DNA of 64,000 nt from an uncultured Acidobacteriota bacterium (GCA_963750935.1 CAVVSR010000014.1:834847-898846); one strand, 5' to 3'; positions 10,965-24,544 are shown, counted from the stretch's first letter. Notes: generated by a model not told the origin, from the letters alone. Made by a program: numbers and translations.

Positions 10965-13118
10965 ATGATCCGGTTCGAGGACCTCGTCGAAAAGGTCCGG
11001 ATATCCAATCCGGACGCCGACATCGAGCTGCTGAGGCGGGCGTACGTCTTCTCCGCCTTCGAGCATAAGGGACAGGTCCGCCATTCGGGGGAGCCGTACC
11101 TCGTTCACCCGCTCGAAGTCGCCGACCAGCTCGCCGACATGAAGCTGGACGTCGTCGCCATCGCCGCGGGCCTGCTCCACGACATCGTCGAGGATACCCA
11201 GACCCCGATCGAGCGAATCAAGGAGCTGTTCGGCGTCGACGTCGCCCACGTGGTCGAAGGGGTGACCAAACTCGGATCGATCCAGTTCTCGTCGAGCGAG
11301 CAGCGCCAGGCCGAGAACTTCCGCAAGATGCTGCTGGCGATGGTGGACGACATCAGGGTGATCCTGGTGAAGCTCGCCGACCGGCTGCACAACATGCGGA
11401 CGCTGCACCACCTGCCCGAGGAGCGGCGGATCAAGATCGCGCAGGAGACCCGCGACATCTACGCGCCGATCGCCAACCGCCTCGGCATGAGCAAGGTGAA
11501 GAACGAGCTCGAAGAGCTCGCCTTCAAGTACCTCGAACCGAAGTCCTACGAGTCGCTGCGCCACCGGGTCGAGTCGCGGCGCCGGGCGACCGAGGGCATG
11601 ATCGAGGAGCTGAAGAAGAACATCACCGCGAAGCTGGTCGACGCGCAGATCCCGGTGATCCAGATCGACGGCCGCATCAAGCGCCTGTTCAGCATCCACC
11701 AGAAGCTGAAGCGCCAGAAGATCGATCTCGAGCAGGTCTACGACCTGGTGGCCCTGCGCATCATCACCGGCTCGGTCCGTGACTGCTACGCGACGCTCGG
11801 CATCATCCACCAGACGTGGGCGCCGGTGCCGGGGCGAATCAAGGACTTCATCGCGATGCCGCGCCCCAACGGCTACCAGTCGCTGCACACGTCGGTGGTC
11901 AGCGAGCGGGGCTTTCCGTTCGAGGTGCAGATTCGCTCGGCGGATATGCACCGGATCGCCGAGGAAGGGATCGCCGCGCACTGGAAGTACAAGGAAGGCC
12001 GCGTCGGCGCCGATCGCGACGAGCAGTACTTCATCTGGCTGCGCCAGCTGCTCGAGTGGCAGCAGGAGGTTCGCGATCCCCAGGAGTTCCTGCAGAACCT
12101 GAAGATCGAGCTCTACCCGGAAGAGGTCTACATCTTCACCCCGAAGGGCGAGGTCAAGGCGCTGCCGCGCGACGCGACGCCGGTCGACTTCGCCTACGCC
12201 ATTCACACGGACGTCGGCCATCAGTGTGTCGGCGCCCGCGTCAACGGCAAGATGGTGCCGCTCCGCACCAGGCTGCGCAACGGGGACATCGTCGAGATCG
12301 TCACCACGCCGGGCCACAAGCCGAGCCGCGACTGGCTCAACTTCGTCGCCACCTCCCGTGCCCGCAACAAGATCAAGCACTACATCCACGCCGAGGAGAA
12401 GATCCGCAGCCTCGAGCTGGGAAAGAAGCTGTTCGACAAGGAAGCGCGCCGCTTCGGCCTCAACGTGAAGTCGCTCACCGACGGGGAGCGCTTCGCCGCG
12501 CTGTTGACCGAGCAGGGCCTGCAGAAGGCGGACGAGCTCTTCACCGCGATCGCCTACGGACGGCTGTCGGCGAAGGCCGTGCTCGGCAAGCTGGTTCCCC
12601 AGGAGCAGCTGAAGGAGCCGCAGCAGGAAAGCGCGCTGTCGTCGGTCGTCCGCCGCGTGCTCGGCACCGGCGACGAGAAGATCAAGGTCCGCGGCATCGA
12701 CGATCTGATGGTGTTTCGCGCCCGCTGCTGCAATCCGATTCGCGGCGAGAAGATCGTCGGCTACATCACCCGCGGCAAGGGCGTCTCGGTGCACGCCGCG
12801 GCCTGTCCGAACGTCGTCAACCTGCTCTACGACCCGGAGCGGCGCATCGACGTCGAGTGGGACAAGGGCTCAGACCCGTCGCCCTACACGGTCAGGCTGA
12901 GCATCCAGGTCGAGGATCGCAAGGGCATCCTTGCGGACGTCAGCTCGAAGATCGCGGGCATCAACACCAACATCCGCAACGTCGAGGCGACGACGACGGA
13001 TCAGATGGGGCGGATTGACATGACGGTGGAGATCAGCGACGTGAAGCACCTGCAGAAGGTGATCAAGTCGCTGCGCAGCGTGGATGGGGTCGTCGACGTG
13101 GAGCGGGCGAGCCGCTGA
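10965..13118 (+). CDS. relA: bifunctional (p)ppGpp synthetase/guanosine-3',5'-bis(diphosphate) 3'-pyrophosphohydrolase
   Basis: 717-aa ORF with an HD hydrolase domain (HSGEPYLVHPLEVA), a RelA/SpoT synthetase domain (GYQSLHTSV), TGS and a C-terminal ACT-like domain. Confidence 0.95.
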   Translation: MIRFEDLVEKVRISNPDADIELLRRAYVFSAFEHKGQVRHSGEPYLVHPLEVADQLADMKLDVVAIAAGLLHDIVEDTQTPIERIKELFGVDVAHVVEGVTKLGSIQFSSSEQRQAENFRKMLLAMVDDIRVILVKLADRLHNMRTLHHLPEERRIKIAQETRDIYAPIANRLGMSKVKNELEELAFKYLEPKSYESLRHRVESRRRATEGMIEELKKNITAKLVDAQIPVIQIDGRIKRLFSIHQKLKRQKIDLEQVYDLVALRIITGSVRDCYATLGIIHQTWAPVPGRIKDFIAMPRPNGYQSLHTSVVSERGFPFEVQIRSADMHRIAEEGIAAHWKYKEGRVGADRDEQYFIWLRQLLEWQQEVRDPQEFLQNLKIELYPEEVYIFTPKGEVKALPRDATPVDFAYAIHTDVGHQCVGARVNGKMVPLRTRLRNGDIVEIVTTPGHKPSRDWLNFVATSRARNKIKHYIHAEEKIRSLELGKKLFDKEARRFGLNVKSLTDGERFAALLTEQGLQKADELFTAIAYGRLSAKAVLGKLVPQEQLKEPQQESALSSVVRRVLGTGDEKIKVRGIDDLMVFRARCCNPIRGEKIVGYITRGKGVSVHAAACPNVVNLLYDPERRIDVEWDKGSDPSPYTVRLSIQVEDRKGILADVSSKIAGINTNIRNVEATTTDQMGRIDMTVEISDVKHLQKVIKSLRSVDGVVDVERASR

Positions 13119-13150
13119 AGCACGTGCTACGTGCTACGTGCGCACGTGCG
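13119..13150. repeat. short ACGTGCT heptamer array with 10-nt palindromes
   Basis: agCACGTGCT ACGTGCT ACGTGCG CACGTGCG starts immediately after the relA stop and fills the gap to convergent ridA. AGCACGTGCT and CGCACGTGCG are perfect palindromes. Confidence 0.7.
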
Positions 13151-13154
13151 GTCG

Positions 13155-13532
13155 TCAGATCTCGGCGATGACGTCGATCTCGACGCGCGCGTCCTTGGGG
13201 AGCCTGGCGGCCTGGATCGTGGCGCGGGCCGGAGCGGGCGACGCGAAGTAGGTGCCGTAGACCTCGTTCATCGCCGCGAAGTCGTTCATGTCGGCGAGAT
13301 AGACCGTGGTGCGGACGACGCGATCGAGGGAGCTGCCGGCCGCTTCGAGGATGGCGGCCAGGTTCCGGAAGACGCGATGAGTCTGGACGGCGATGTCGCC
13401 GTCCACCATCGTGGAGGTTTCCGGGTCGAGCGGGATCTGTCCCGACACGAACAGCAGCGTCCCCGCGCGAACGGCCTGGGAGTACGGGCCTATCGCCGCC
13501 GGGGCTGCGGGGGTCGAGACGGCCTGCCGCAT
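13155..13532 (-). CDS. ridA: RidA family enamine/imine deaminase
   Basis: 125-aa ORF, AIGPYSQAV...LFVSGQIPLDP...ARVEIDVIAEI, typical of the YjgF/RidA family. Confidence 0.9.
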   Translation of the reverse strand: MRQAVSTPAAPAAIGPYSQAVRAGTLLFVSGQIPLDPETSTMVDGDIAVQTHRVFRNLAAILEAAGSSLDRVVRTTVYLADMNDFAAMNEVYGTYFASPAPARATIQAARLPKDARVEIDVIAEI

Positions 13533-13537
13533 CGACG

Positions 13538-13729
13538 CTACGCGGCCTTGGTGACCTTGCCCGAGCGGAGGCAGCGCGTGCAGACCCGCAGCCGCTGGAT
13601 GCCGCCGTTGACCAGCGCACGGACGCGCTGGAGGTTCGGCTCGAACCGGCGCGGGGTGACGTTATGCGCGTGGCTGATGTTCCGGCCCACGACCGGACCC
13701 TTACCGCAGATTTCGCAACGTTTAGCCAT
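13538..13729 (-). CDS. rpmB: 50S ribosomal protein L28
   Basis: The internal ATG at 13729 gives a 63-aa product, [43 protein letters not shown]...SGKVTKAA, a classic L28. The longer listed ORF is an upstream over-extension. Confidence 0.9.
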   Translation of the reverse strand: MAKRCEICGKGPVVGRNISHAHNVTPRRFEPNLQRVRALVNGGIQRLRVCTRCLRSGKVTKAA

Positions 13730-13989
13730 GATAGTGAAGTGACGTCCCCGACCGGTGCGGCAGGGCCCATCATGGCCCGGCAGGGTCGGCGCAAACGACA
13801 GATTATAGCATCCGGCCCGCGCCCAGGTCCAAGCGCTGGCCAACGAATGTCGCCTCCCGCGGCGCCCCGGTCCAGACTCTTGATCGCAGCCCCCGTAATA
13901 CCGTGACAAAACACGGGGGGCGCTACGGTATGACAGTTGCAACAGGCTCAGCAGCCGGAGACGTCTTCCGGATACGGAGGTGGGATCCC

Positions 13990-14577
13990 ATGGAACCTCG
14001 TCCGATCCTGCAGGAGCAGACACCAGTCGAATACTTCAAGGAGTTGGTGGAGTCGTCGCTCGCCCGACAGCACATCAAGGCTGGCGACCTGACGGAGTAC
14101 TACCTGGTCAACCTGCTTTGCCAGTACGTCCGGCTCGACGGCGCGGCCGATGCCGAGATGGGAGAGCCGCTCGCCGTCCGCCTTGCGCGGGCGATGCAGA
14201 CGGCAGGGATGGAGCAGCGCACCCGGCTTCGCAATCTTGGCGATTTCTCCCTGTTTACGGCCGGTTTTTTCTCAGACAGCTTCAAGCGGCGCCACGTCGA
14301 CGTCGATTATTACGTGTCGATGGGAGAGTACGCGTATGGGTCGCTGAGCCGCGCCGAGGATGCCTTCCGCGAGGTCTTCGTGGAACTGTCGCGGAAGTTC
14401 GTGGGCTACAGCGACGTGCTCGCGGACATCAGCGAGCGGACGGCGATGGCGTCCAGCACCGACGTACTCCGCATGTATGAGAAGTGGCTGCGGACCGGTA
14501 GTCATCGCGACGGCCAGCGCCTCATCGAGCGCGGCATCGTGCCGAACAGCTCAGTAGGCCAGCGTTTCCTTCAGTAG
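13990..14577 (+). CDS. hypothetical protein
   Basis: The ORF is in frame from 13903. ATG 13990 is preferred because GGAGGTGGG lies 5-13 nt upstream. Coding-like composition, but I recognise no family. Confidence 0.5.
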   Translation: MEPRPILQEQTPVEYFKELVESSLARQHIKAGDLTEYYLVNLLCQYVRLDGAADAEMGEPLAVRLARAMQTAGMEQRTRLRNLGDFSLFTAGFFSDSFKRRHVDVDYYVSMGEYAYGSLSRAEDAFREVFVELSRKFVGYSDVLADISERTAMASSTDVLRMYEKWLRTGSHRDGQRLIERGIVPNSSVGQRFLQ

Positions 14578-14996
14578 TCACCTGTCCCCCTGATGCGCCA
14601 CAGGCCATGAAGGCACGTGGCGCATCGCCTACACATTTGTAATTCCCGTACAGCTCTGCAGTTCAAACTTACCGAACCAGATCGCGGGTGTCTGGCGTCT
14701 AAAGCTTCAGTAGCGTAGCCAGACGCGCCTACTTGACGGAGATACGGGTTGTAAATTGTTGCAATCAAAAGTGATAACACCACATAGCTGCCGTGGACGA
14801 GGTGCGTGAGGGACAGGTCGACTGCTGACCTGCCACCTCCCCCGCCTCGAGTCACCTCAGAATTTTCACGGTAGCGCTTCCCGGGCAAGCCGGCCGTGGT
14901 GTAAACTGACAGGATTTATTACGTGGCAAGTCCGTTGCATATCGGCCTACGAATTATTCGGCGTGGGCCGTGCGGGAGAGAAGGAGCGGAATCATC

Positions 14997-15449
14997 ATGA
15001 GCGTCAAGAAAGTGCCTGGTGGGCAGATGAACCGGGATCGGTACGCGGAGCTGAAGCGGATTCTCGAGGAGCGCCGGCGGGAAATCCTCAGCGCGGTGCA
15101 CGACAAGATTCGCGATGTGCGGACCGAGGGAGCGAACAGCACGACTCACGGAGTCCTCGACGCCGCGGAGACCTCCGAAGCGGATATTCAGGATGAGATC
15201 GAGTTCGCGCTGATTCAGATGAAGGCCGAGACGCTGACCAAGATCGAGGAGGCTCTGCGCCGCCTCGAGGAAGGCACGTTCGGCTACTGCTTCGAGTGTG
15301 GCGAGGAGATCTCCGAACGCCGCCTTCGCGCGCTGCCGTTCGCGGTCCGCTGCAAGGATTGTGAAGAGGCTCGCGAGGTCGCGCAGCAGCGCGAGCGCCT
15401 GCTGCAGCGCCGTGGTTCCGCCTCCCTCTTCCTCGATATGCAGGGCTGA
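14997..15449 (+). CDS. dksA: TraR/DksA family zinc-finger transcriptional regulator
   Basis: ATG 14997 follows the RBS AAGGAG (14981-14986). Coiled-coil region plus a C4 zinc finger, CFECGEEISERRLRALPFAVRCKDCEE. Confidence 0.85.
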   Translation: MSVKKVPGGQMNRDRYAELKRILEERRREILSAVHDKIRDVRTEGANSTTHGVLDAAETSEADIQDEIEFALIQMKAETLTKIEEALRRLEEGTFGYCFECGEEISERRLRALPFAVRCKDCEEAREVAQQRERLLQRRGSASLFLDMQG

Positions 15450-15510
15450 GCAATGACCTGGGGCGGGCCACCCGCCCGCCCGCGCACCCGTGCTACATTT
15501 CCGCTGACCT

Positions 15511-15533
15511 CCGGGGGCCACTCCGGCCCCCGG
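15511..15533 (+). terminator. GC-rich hairpin downstream of dksA (possible terminator, no U-tract)
   Basis: CCGGGGGCC-actcc-GGCCCCCGG, a 9-bp perfect stem about 60 nt after the dksA stop. Confidence 0.35.
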
Positions 15534-15608
15534 GGGCGGCGAACAGACAATCCCTGAACAGATGAATCGCGGCTACTGGTGGGGTCGGCCGCTCGAGGAA
15601 CATCGCCC

Positions 15609-18062
<2,454 letters not shown>

Positions 18063-18068
18063 GGCGAC

Positions 18069-18590
18069 ATGCCCGACCCCGATCGCCTCCAGCATCAGCG
18101 CACCTTCGACGGCAAGGTCTTCGACGTGGACCGGGACACGGTCCGGATGCCGAACGGCCGCGAGGTCACCGTCGACGTGATCCGCCATCCGCCGTCCGCG
18201 GTGATTGCCCCGGTGCCCGAACCAGGACACGTCATCCTCATCCGCCAGTACCGCTATGCGGTGAACCGCTGGCTGTGGGAGCTCCCGGCCGGGAGCGTTG
18301 ACGAAGGGGAAACTCCCGAACAGGCGGCGCGGCGCGAGTGCCACGAGGAGATCGGCCAGGTTCCCGACACCATCGTCCGGCTCGGGTCGATGTTTCCGAC
18401 GCCCGGCTACTGTGACGAGGAGATGTTCTTCTTCCGTGCCTCCGGCCTCAGCGTTCCCCCCGAAGCGGCGGAACTGGACGAGGACGAGGACATCGAAGTC
18501 CGCACGTTCACCCTCAAGGACGCGCGCGAAATGGTCCGCCGCGGCGAGATCACCGACATGAAGACCGTCGTCGGGCTCTCGCTCCTCTGA
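18069..18590 (+). CDS. NUDIX hydrolase (ADP-ribose pyrophosphatase-like)
   Basis: 173-aa ORF with the Nudix box GSVDEGETPEQAARRECHEEIG. Confidence 0.85.
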   Translation: MPDPDRLQHQRTFDGKVFDVDRDTVRMPNGREVTVDVIRHPPSAVIAPVPEPGHVILIRQYRYAVNRWLWELPAGSVDEGETPEQAARRECHEEIGQVPDTIVRLGSMFPTPGYCDEEMFFFRASGLSVPPEAAELDEDEDIEVRTFTLKDAREMVRRGEITDMKTVVGLSLL

Positions 18591-18591
18591 T

Positions 18592-19539
18592 TCACAGCTC
18601 TTCCTGCGCCGCGAGGTCGTCGAGGATGGCCTCGAGCTCCGGCGGCAGCGGCGAGTCGAACTCGACGCGGCGGCCGTCGCTCGGATGCGTGAAGCACAGC
18701 CGCCCGGCATGCAGGAACGGCCGCTCGAGCCGCAACACGGCGCGAAGGTGGTTGCCGACGCGGCGGTGCACGCCGCCGTAGGTGACGTCGCCGACGACCG
18801 GATGGCCGATGTCGCTCAGGTGCACGCGAATCTGATGGGTCCGTCCGGTGGCGATCGCGACCTTGATGAACGTCACGCCCTTGAAATGACGCGCGAAGGT
18901 GACGCGCGTCACCGCGCTCCGCGCCCGGCGCGCCCTCGTCGACATCTTCTGCCGGTCCTTCGGGTCGCGCCCGATCGGCGAGTCGATTCGCTTCCCGGCG
19001 TGCACTACGCCCCAGACCAGCGCGAGGTACTCCTTCTCGACCTCGCGGTCCTGGAATTGCCGCGCCAGCTCCTGGTGCGAGCGGTCGTGCTTCGCGACCA
19101 CCATCAGGCCTGACGTGCCGCGATCCAGCCGGTGAACGATACCCGGTCGCGCCTCGCCGCCGATGCCGCTCAGGTCCTTCACGTGATGGAGCAGCGCATT
19201 GACGAGCGTGCCGCTCTCGTGTCCGGCGCCCGGATGCACGACCATGCCGGCCGGCTTGTCGAGCACGACGAGGTCGGGATCTTCGAACACGATGCGCAGC
19301 GGCAGCGCCTCGGGCTCGGGCGTCGCCCGCTTGATCGCCGGGACGTCCACCGTATAGCGCTCGCCGGCGCGGACCGGTGTGCTGGCGCGGAACCGGCCCG
19401 GTCCGGTGACGCGCCCCTCCCGGATCAGCCGCTGAATCTGCGATCGCGACTGGCCGGCCAGAACGGTGGTCAGGAACGTGTCGAGGCGAAGCCCCTCATG
19501 TTCAGGTTCGACAACGAGCTCGGACGGGGCGTCTGGCAT
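18592..19539 (-). CDS. rluD: RluA-family 23S rRNA pseudouridine synthase (RluD-like)
   Basis: 315-aa ORF. N-terminal S4 domain (RLDTFL...SRSQIQRLI) and catalytic HRLDRGTSGLMVVAK motif. Confidence 0.9.
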   Translation of the reverse strand: MPDAPSELVVEPEHEGLRLDTFLTTVLAGQSRSQIQRLIREGRVTGPGRFRASTPVRAGERYTVDVPAIKRATPEPEALPLRIVFEDPDLVVLDKPAGMVVHPGAGHESGTLVNALLHHVKDLSGIGGEARPGIVHRLDRGTSGLMVVAKHDRSHQELARQFQDREVEKEYLALVWGVVHAGKRIDSPIGRDPKDRQKMSTRARRARSAVTRVTFARHFKGVTFIKVAIATGRTHQIRVHLSDIGHPVVGDVTYGGVHRRVGNHLRAVLRLERPFLHAGRLCFTHPSDGRRVEFDSPLPPELEAILDDLAAQEEL

Positions 19540-19572
19540 GGTGTGCTCGATCGTCGCCGTTTCCTCGCGCGA

Positions 19573-20379
19573 TCAGGCGGCGCGGCGGCCGGCCGCGACC
19601 GTCGGCGCGGGCTCGGTGCGGCGCGACAGGTAGAGCAGCATGGCGATGCTGACCGGGACGATCAGCAGGGACACGAACTGCGACGTCGAGAACATGGCGA
19701 CGGCCCCGCGGGCATCGCCGCGGTAGAACTCGATGGCGAAGCGCGACAGCCCGTACATCAGCATGTAGGCCCAGAACGTCCGCCCCGGAAACGTCCGGCC
19801 GCGCTTCTCGGTGGCCAGCAGCAGGCCGAGGATCAGCAGCTCCGCGCCGGCCTCGTACAGCTGCGTCGGATGGAGCGGAACGTTGAGCGGCGTGCCGACG
19901 TTCCGCGCGGCGTACTCATTGTGGAACGTCACCGCCCATGGCACCGACGTCTCCCGGCCGAAACAGCAGCCGGCGAAGAAACAGCCGAGCCGCCCGATCG
20001 TGTGCCCGAGCGCGATGCCGGGTGCGAAGACGTCCGCGACCGACCACATCGGCATGCGGTACTTCCACAGGTAGAACAGCGCCACCGCCACCGCCACGAT
20101 CAGGCCGCCGTAGAACACGCCCGCCGAGCGCACCAGCGTCAGCATGTCGGCGCCGCTTCGCGAGTAGGTGTCCCACTCGACGACGAGCAGCAGCAGCTTC
20201 GCGCCGACCAGGGCGCTGACGATGATCCAGATGCCGAGGTCCATCACCCGCTCGGGCTTGAGTCCACGCGACCGGGCGCGCACCAGCGCGAACTGCAGGC
20301 CGAGCAGGTACGCTGCGGCGAGCATGACGCCGTAGGTGTAGACGGGGAAGCCCCGAATCTCAAACAGGATGGGATGCAT
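19573..20379 (-). CDS. lgt: prolipoprotein diacylglyceryl transferase
   Basis: 268-aa polytopic [18 protein letters not shown]..., [13 protein letters not shown] motif. Downstream of lspA. Confidence 0.9.
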   Translation of the reverse strand: MHPILFEIRGFPVYTYGVMLAAAYLLGLQFALVRARSRGLKPERVMDLGIWIIVSALVGAKLLLLVVEWDTYSRSGADMLTLVRSAGVFYGGLIVAVAVALFYLWKYRMPMWSVADVFAPGIALGHTIGRLGCFFAGCCFGRETSVPWAVTFHNEYAARNVGTPLNVPLHPTQLYEAGAELLILGLLLATEKRGRTFPGRTFWAYMLMYGLSRFAIEFYRGDARGAVAMFSTSQFVSLLIVPVSIAMLLYLSRRTEPAPTVAAGRRAA

Positions 20380-20908
20380 GGTGCTGCCGTCCGAGACCGA
20401 TCATGTCGAGCAGGACGAGCGTCGCGCCGATGGTGATTGCCGCATCGGCCACGTTGAACGCCCAGAAGTGCGTCGTCCCCCAATAGACATCGACGAAATC
20501 GACGACGTGCCCGACCGCCGCGCGGTCGATCAGGTTGCCGAACGCGCCGCCGAGAATCAGGGACAGTCCGAACCGCGCCAGCCGCTCGTGGAAGCCGAGC
20601 TGCGCGCCGTACGCCGCGATCGCCACCAGCGCGATCGCCGCGATCCCGATCATGATCACCGGCTTGTAGGGGAAGTCGGCCGCATTCAGCAGGCCGAACG
20701 CGGCGCCGGTGTTCTGCACGTGGGTCAGATCGAGGAACCCCGGAATCACGTTGAACGTTTCGTGCAGGGGCAGCATCTTCCGCACGATCAGCTTGGTCAG
20801 CTGATCGAGCAACAGCACCGCGAGAATGGTAACGACTTCGGTCGGCCGGGCGAACGCACGCGCCGCGCCCTGCTGCGGAACCTCCGGCGACGAGGCCGAG
20901 GCGGTCAC
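20360..20908 (-). CDS. lspA: lipoprotein signal peptidase II
   Basis: GTG at 20908 overlaps the ileS TGA (GTGA). Product contains [10 protein letters not shown]..., [17 protein letters not shown] and FNVADAAI motifs of LspA. Confidence 0.9.
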   Translation of the reverse strand: MTASASSPEVPQQGAARAFARPTEVVTILAVLLLDQLTKLIVRKMLPLHETFNVIPGFLDLTHVQNTGAAFGLLNAADFPYKPVIMIGIAAIALVAIAAYGAQLGFHERLARFGLSLILGGAFGNLIDRAAVGHVVDFVDVYWGTTHFWAFNVADAAITIGATLVLLDMIGLGRQHHASHPV

Positions 20909-23719
20909 GCCGCCTGCTGCCCCCCGACGGCAGTGATACAGCGGTCGCAGATGCCATCGGTCTGCGCCTCGGACGACAGCGCCTCGACGATGCGCCAGCA
21001 CCGGGCGCACTTGTGGCCTTCGGCGCGCACCACGTCGATGTGCAGCGCATCCTGCTCGCCGAGCGACGTGTCCAGCTCCGCCTGCGAGACGATGAACAGC
21101 ATCGGCAGCTGGTCGCGATAGCTGGCCAGCAGCGCGCCGGTCGCCCCGCCGGCGCGGAGCGATACCCGTGCGCCCAGCGAGTTGCCGATGGTCTTTCCCT
21201 GCCGCGCGCCTTCGAGCGCGCGATTGACCTCGTCGCGAATCGCGATCAGCCGTTCCCATCGCGCCACCAGCGCCGGATCGGTGAGCGCCTCGACGGCGGC
21301 GCGGACGGGGAATTCGGCGACGTGCACCGAGGCCTCGCGCGTGCCGGGCAGGTGGCGCCACATCTCGTCGGCGGTGAATGGCAGGATCGGCGCGAGCAGC
21401 CGCGCCAGGCCGTCGGCGATGGTGTACATCGCGGTCTGCGCGGAGCGGCGTTCGGGCGATCCCGCCGCGAACGTGTACAGGCGGTCCTTCGACACGTCCG
21501 CGTAGAACGCCGACAGATCGACCGTCGTCAGCTGGTTGATGCGCTGGAAGATGGTCGGGAAGTCGTAGGCGTCGTAGGCGTCGAGCACGTCGCGCGCGCT
21601 GGCCGCGTAGCGCGCCAGCGCGTAGCGGTCCACTTCCTGGAGCGCGTCGACCGCGACCTGGTCGCGCGCCGGATCGAAGTCGTAGAGGTTCGCGAGCAGG
21701 TAGCGGCACGTGTTGCGGATCTTTCGATACGCCTCGACCACGCGCTGCAGGATCTGCTTGCCGACCCGGAGCTCCTCGCGGAAGTCGCTCATCGCGACCC
21801 ACAGCCGCAGCGTTTCCGCGCCGCTCTCCTTGATGACTTCCTGCGGCAGGATGGTGTTGCCGAGCGACTTCGACATCTTGCGGCCGTCGACGTCGATCAG
21901 GAAGCCGTGGGTCAGCACCTCGCGGAACGGCGCCCGTCCACGCGTGCCGAGCCCGACCAGCAGGGAGCTCTGGAACCAGCCGCGATGCTGATCGCTGCCC
22001 TCGAGGTAGATCTCGGCCGGCCACGTCAGATCCGTTCGGACCGACAGCACGGCTTCGTGGCTGGAGCCCGAATCGAACCACACGTCCAGGATGTCGCGCT
22101 CCCGCTCGAAGCTGGTGCCGCCGCACGACGGGCACGTCAGGCCGGGCGGGATGAACTCTTCGAGCGGCCGCTCGTACCAGGCGTCGGCGCCGTATTCGTC
22201 GAAGACGAGCGCGGCCCGTTCGACCAGTGCCGACGTCAGCAGCGCCTCGCCGCACTTCGTGCAGTCCACGGCCGGGATCGGCACACCCCAGGCGCGCTGC
22301 CGCGAGATGCACCAGTCGGGACGGTTCGCCAGCATGTTGTAGATGCGGTCGCGCCCCCACGACGGGATCCATTTGACGTCGCCGTCCACGGCATCGAGCC
22401 CGGCCTGACGCAGCGCCTTCCCCTCGATCACCGGCTCGCCGTCCATGCGGATGAACCACTGCGACGTGGCGAGGAAGATCACCGGATGGTGGCAGCGCCA
22501 GCAGTGCGGATAGGTATGGGCGAAGTCCTCGCGGTGCCACAGCCGTCCGCGCTCCTTGAGCGCTTCTTCGACCCGCGGGTTCGCGTCGAACACCCGCTGG
22601 CCGCCAAACAACTCGACGGTATCGAGGAAGTGGCCGCCGGGGCCCACCGGTGCGTAGATCTCGAGCCCGTAGCGCACACCCGTGTTGAAGTCGTCGGCTC
22701 CGTGGCCAGGCGCCGTGTGCACCGCACCCGTGCCGGCCTCGAGTGTGACGTAGTCGCCGAGCACGCCCACGGACGGACGGGCGTAGAGCGGATGCTGAAA
22801 CCGGATGTGCTCGAGCAGCGGCGCCCTTCATCCGCGCGACCGGCGGTCCGAACGTGCGGCCCGCCACTGACGCCACGCGCTCCGCGAGCGCCTCCGCCAC
22901 GATGATCGCGCGGCCGTCGACGTCGTACGCCGCGTAGTCGAAGTCGGGGTGGAAGGCGATCGCCAGGTTCGACGGGATCGTCCACGGGGTCGTCGTCCAG
23001 ATCAGCACCGACACCTGGCGCCCGGCGAGGGCCGGGACGCGCGACGCCAGCTCGTCGGCGCTGGACGGATCGAGCATGAACTCGACGTAGATCGACGGCG
23101 AGGTGTGATCCTCGTACTCGACTTCCGCTTCGGCGAGCGCGGTGCGGCAATGGATGCACCAGTGCACCGGCTTCTTGCCCTTGTAGACGAGGCCGCGGTC
23201 GACGAACCGTCCCAGCGCGCGCGCGATCGCCGCCTGGTACTTGAAGTTCATCGTCAGGTACGGGTGCTCCCAGTCGCCGAACACACCCAGCCGCTGGAAC
23301 TCCTCGGTCATCACGCCGATGAACCGCTCGGCGTAGGCGCGGCAGGCGCGGCGGAAGTCCGCCGGGCTCATGTCCCGCTTCTTCGACCCCAGCTCCCGAT
23401 CCACCTTGAGCTCGATCGGCAGGCCGTGGCAGTCGTAGCCGGGGACATATGGCGAATCGAACCCCGCCATGGTCCGCGACTTCACCACGAAGTCCTTGAG
23501 GATCTTGTTCAGCGCCGTGCCGAGGTGAATCTGGCCGTTGGCGTACGGAGGGCCGTCGTGCAGCACGAATTTCGGCCGTCCGGCCCGCGCCTGGCGGATT
23601 TGCTCGTACAGCCCCATGTCGGCCCAGCGGGCGAGCGCCTGCGGCTCAGCCATCTGAAGATTGGCCTTCATCGGGAAATCGGTCCGGGGCAGGTTGAGTG
23701 TGTCCTTCCAGTCGGCCAT
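20905..23719 (-). pseudogene. ileS: isoleucine--tRNA ligase, frame broken by a 1-nt indel near 22822
   Basis: The N-terminal 299 codons (HIGH-like [12 protein letters not shown]) are in one frame down to ...GPPVARMKG. The remainder ([24 protein letters not shown]...KMSKS...C-terminal Zn-finger CxxC) is in the ORF 20905..22770 frame. Confidence 0.95.
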
Positions 23720-23806
23720 GGGTATCCGCTCATTTTAGGGCACGGACTACATGGATGGGAACGACGCCATTTGGGAGGCTGCCGCGTCCCAGACCAAAAT
23801 GGACGG

Positions 23807-24544
23807 ATGGACGGGGGGGAACTGCGGTCGCGGGTGGCCGCGCTGCGCTGGTATCACTCGATCGATTTGGGCCAGGGCGTCGTCACGCCGGGCACCGACA
23901 ACAGCCCGTATCGCCTGGCCCGCCTCGATCTTCCGGCGTCCCTGGCGGGCAAGACCGTGCTGGACGTCGGCGCCTGGGACGGCTTCTTTTCATTCGAATG
24001 CGAGCGGCGCGGCGCCGCGCGGGTCGTCGCGGCGGACTTTTACTCGTGGCACGACACCGGCTGGGGCACGAAAGCCGGGTTTCAGCTGGCGCGCCAGGCG
24101 CTGGGGTCGCGGGTCGAGGACGTCGACATCGACGTGATGGACCTCTCGCCGGAGCGGATCGGGACCTTCGACGTGGTGCTGTTTCTCGGAGTCCTCTATC
24201 ACCTCCGCCATCCGCTCCTGGCCCTCGAGCGGATTGCCTCGGTCGCCCGCGACCTGCTGATCCTCGAGACCGTGGTCGACATGGTCGGCGTCAGCCGCCC
24301 GGCGATGGCGTTCTATCCGGGGCGGGAGCTGAACAACGATCCGACGAACTGGTGGGCGCCCAACATCCCGGCCGTCCACGGCATGCTGAACAGCGTGGGG
24401 TTCCACCGCGTCCGCACCGTGACCGATCCGCCCGGTCCGGTCTATCGCGCCGCGCGCGCGGTCTCGCACCACCTGCGCGGCAAGAACCGGCTGGTGCCAG
24501 CGTATCGCCAGGACCGCGCGGTCTTTCATGCCCGCAAGGGCTGA
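23807..24544 (+). CDS. class I SAM-dependent methyltransferase
   Basis: ATG 23807 in the frame of the long ORF. WYHSIDLG..., the GKTVLDVGAWDGFFSFE SAM-binding motif, and FDVVLFLGVLYHLRHP. Confidence 0.75.
   Translation: MDGGELRSRVAALRWYHSIDLGQGVVTPGTDNSPYRLARLDLPASLAGKTVLDVGAWDGFFSFECERRGAARVVAADFYSWHDTGWGTKAGFQLARQALGSRVEDVDIDVMDLSPERIGTFDVVLFLGVLYHLRHPLLALERIASVARDLLILETVVDMVGVSRPAMAFYPGRELNNDPTNWWAPNIPAVHGMLNSVGFHRVRTVTDPPGPVYRAARAVSHHLRGKNRLVPAYRQDRAVFHARKG

Noticed and set aside
14571-14888. 105-aa minus-strand ORF in the long spacer upstream of dksA.
   Set aside because: It has a low-G+C, non-coding-like composition and no RBS or family resemblance. It spans several hairpins. The region is more likely to be a regulatory or RNA region.
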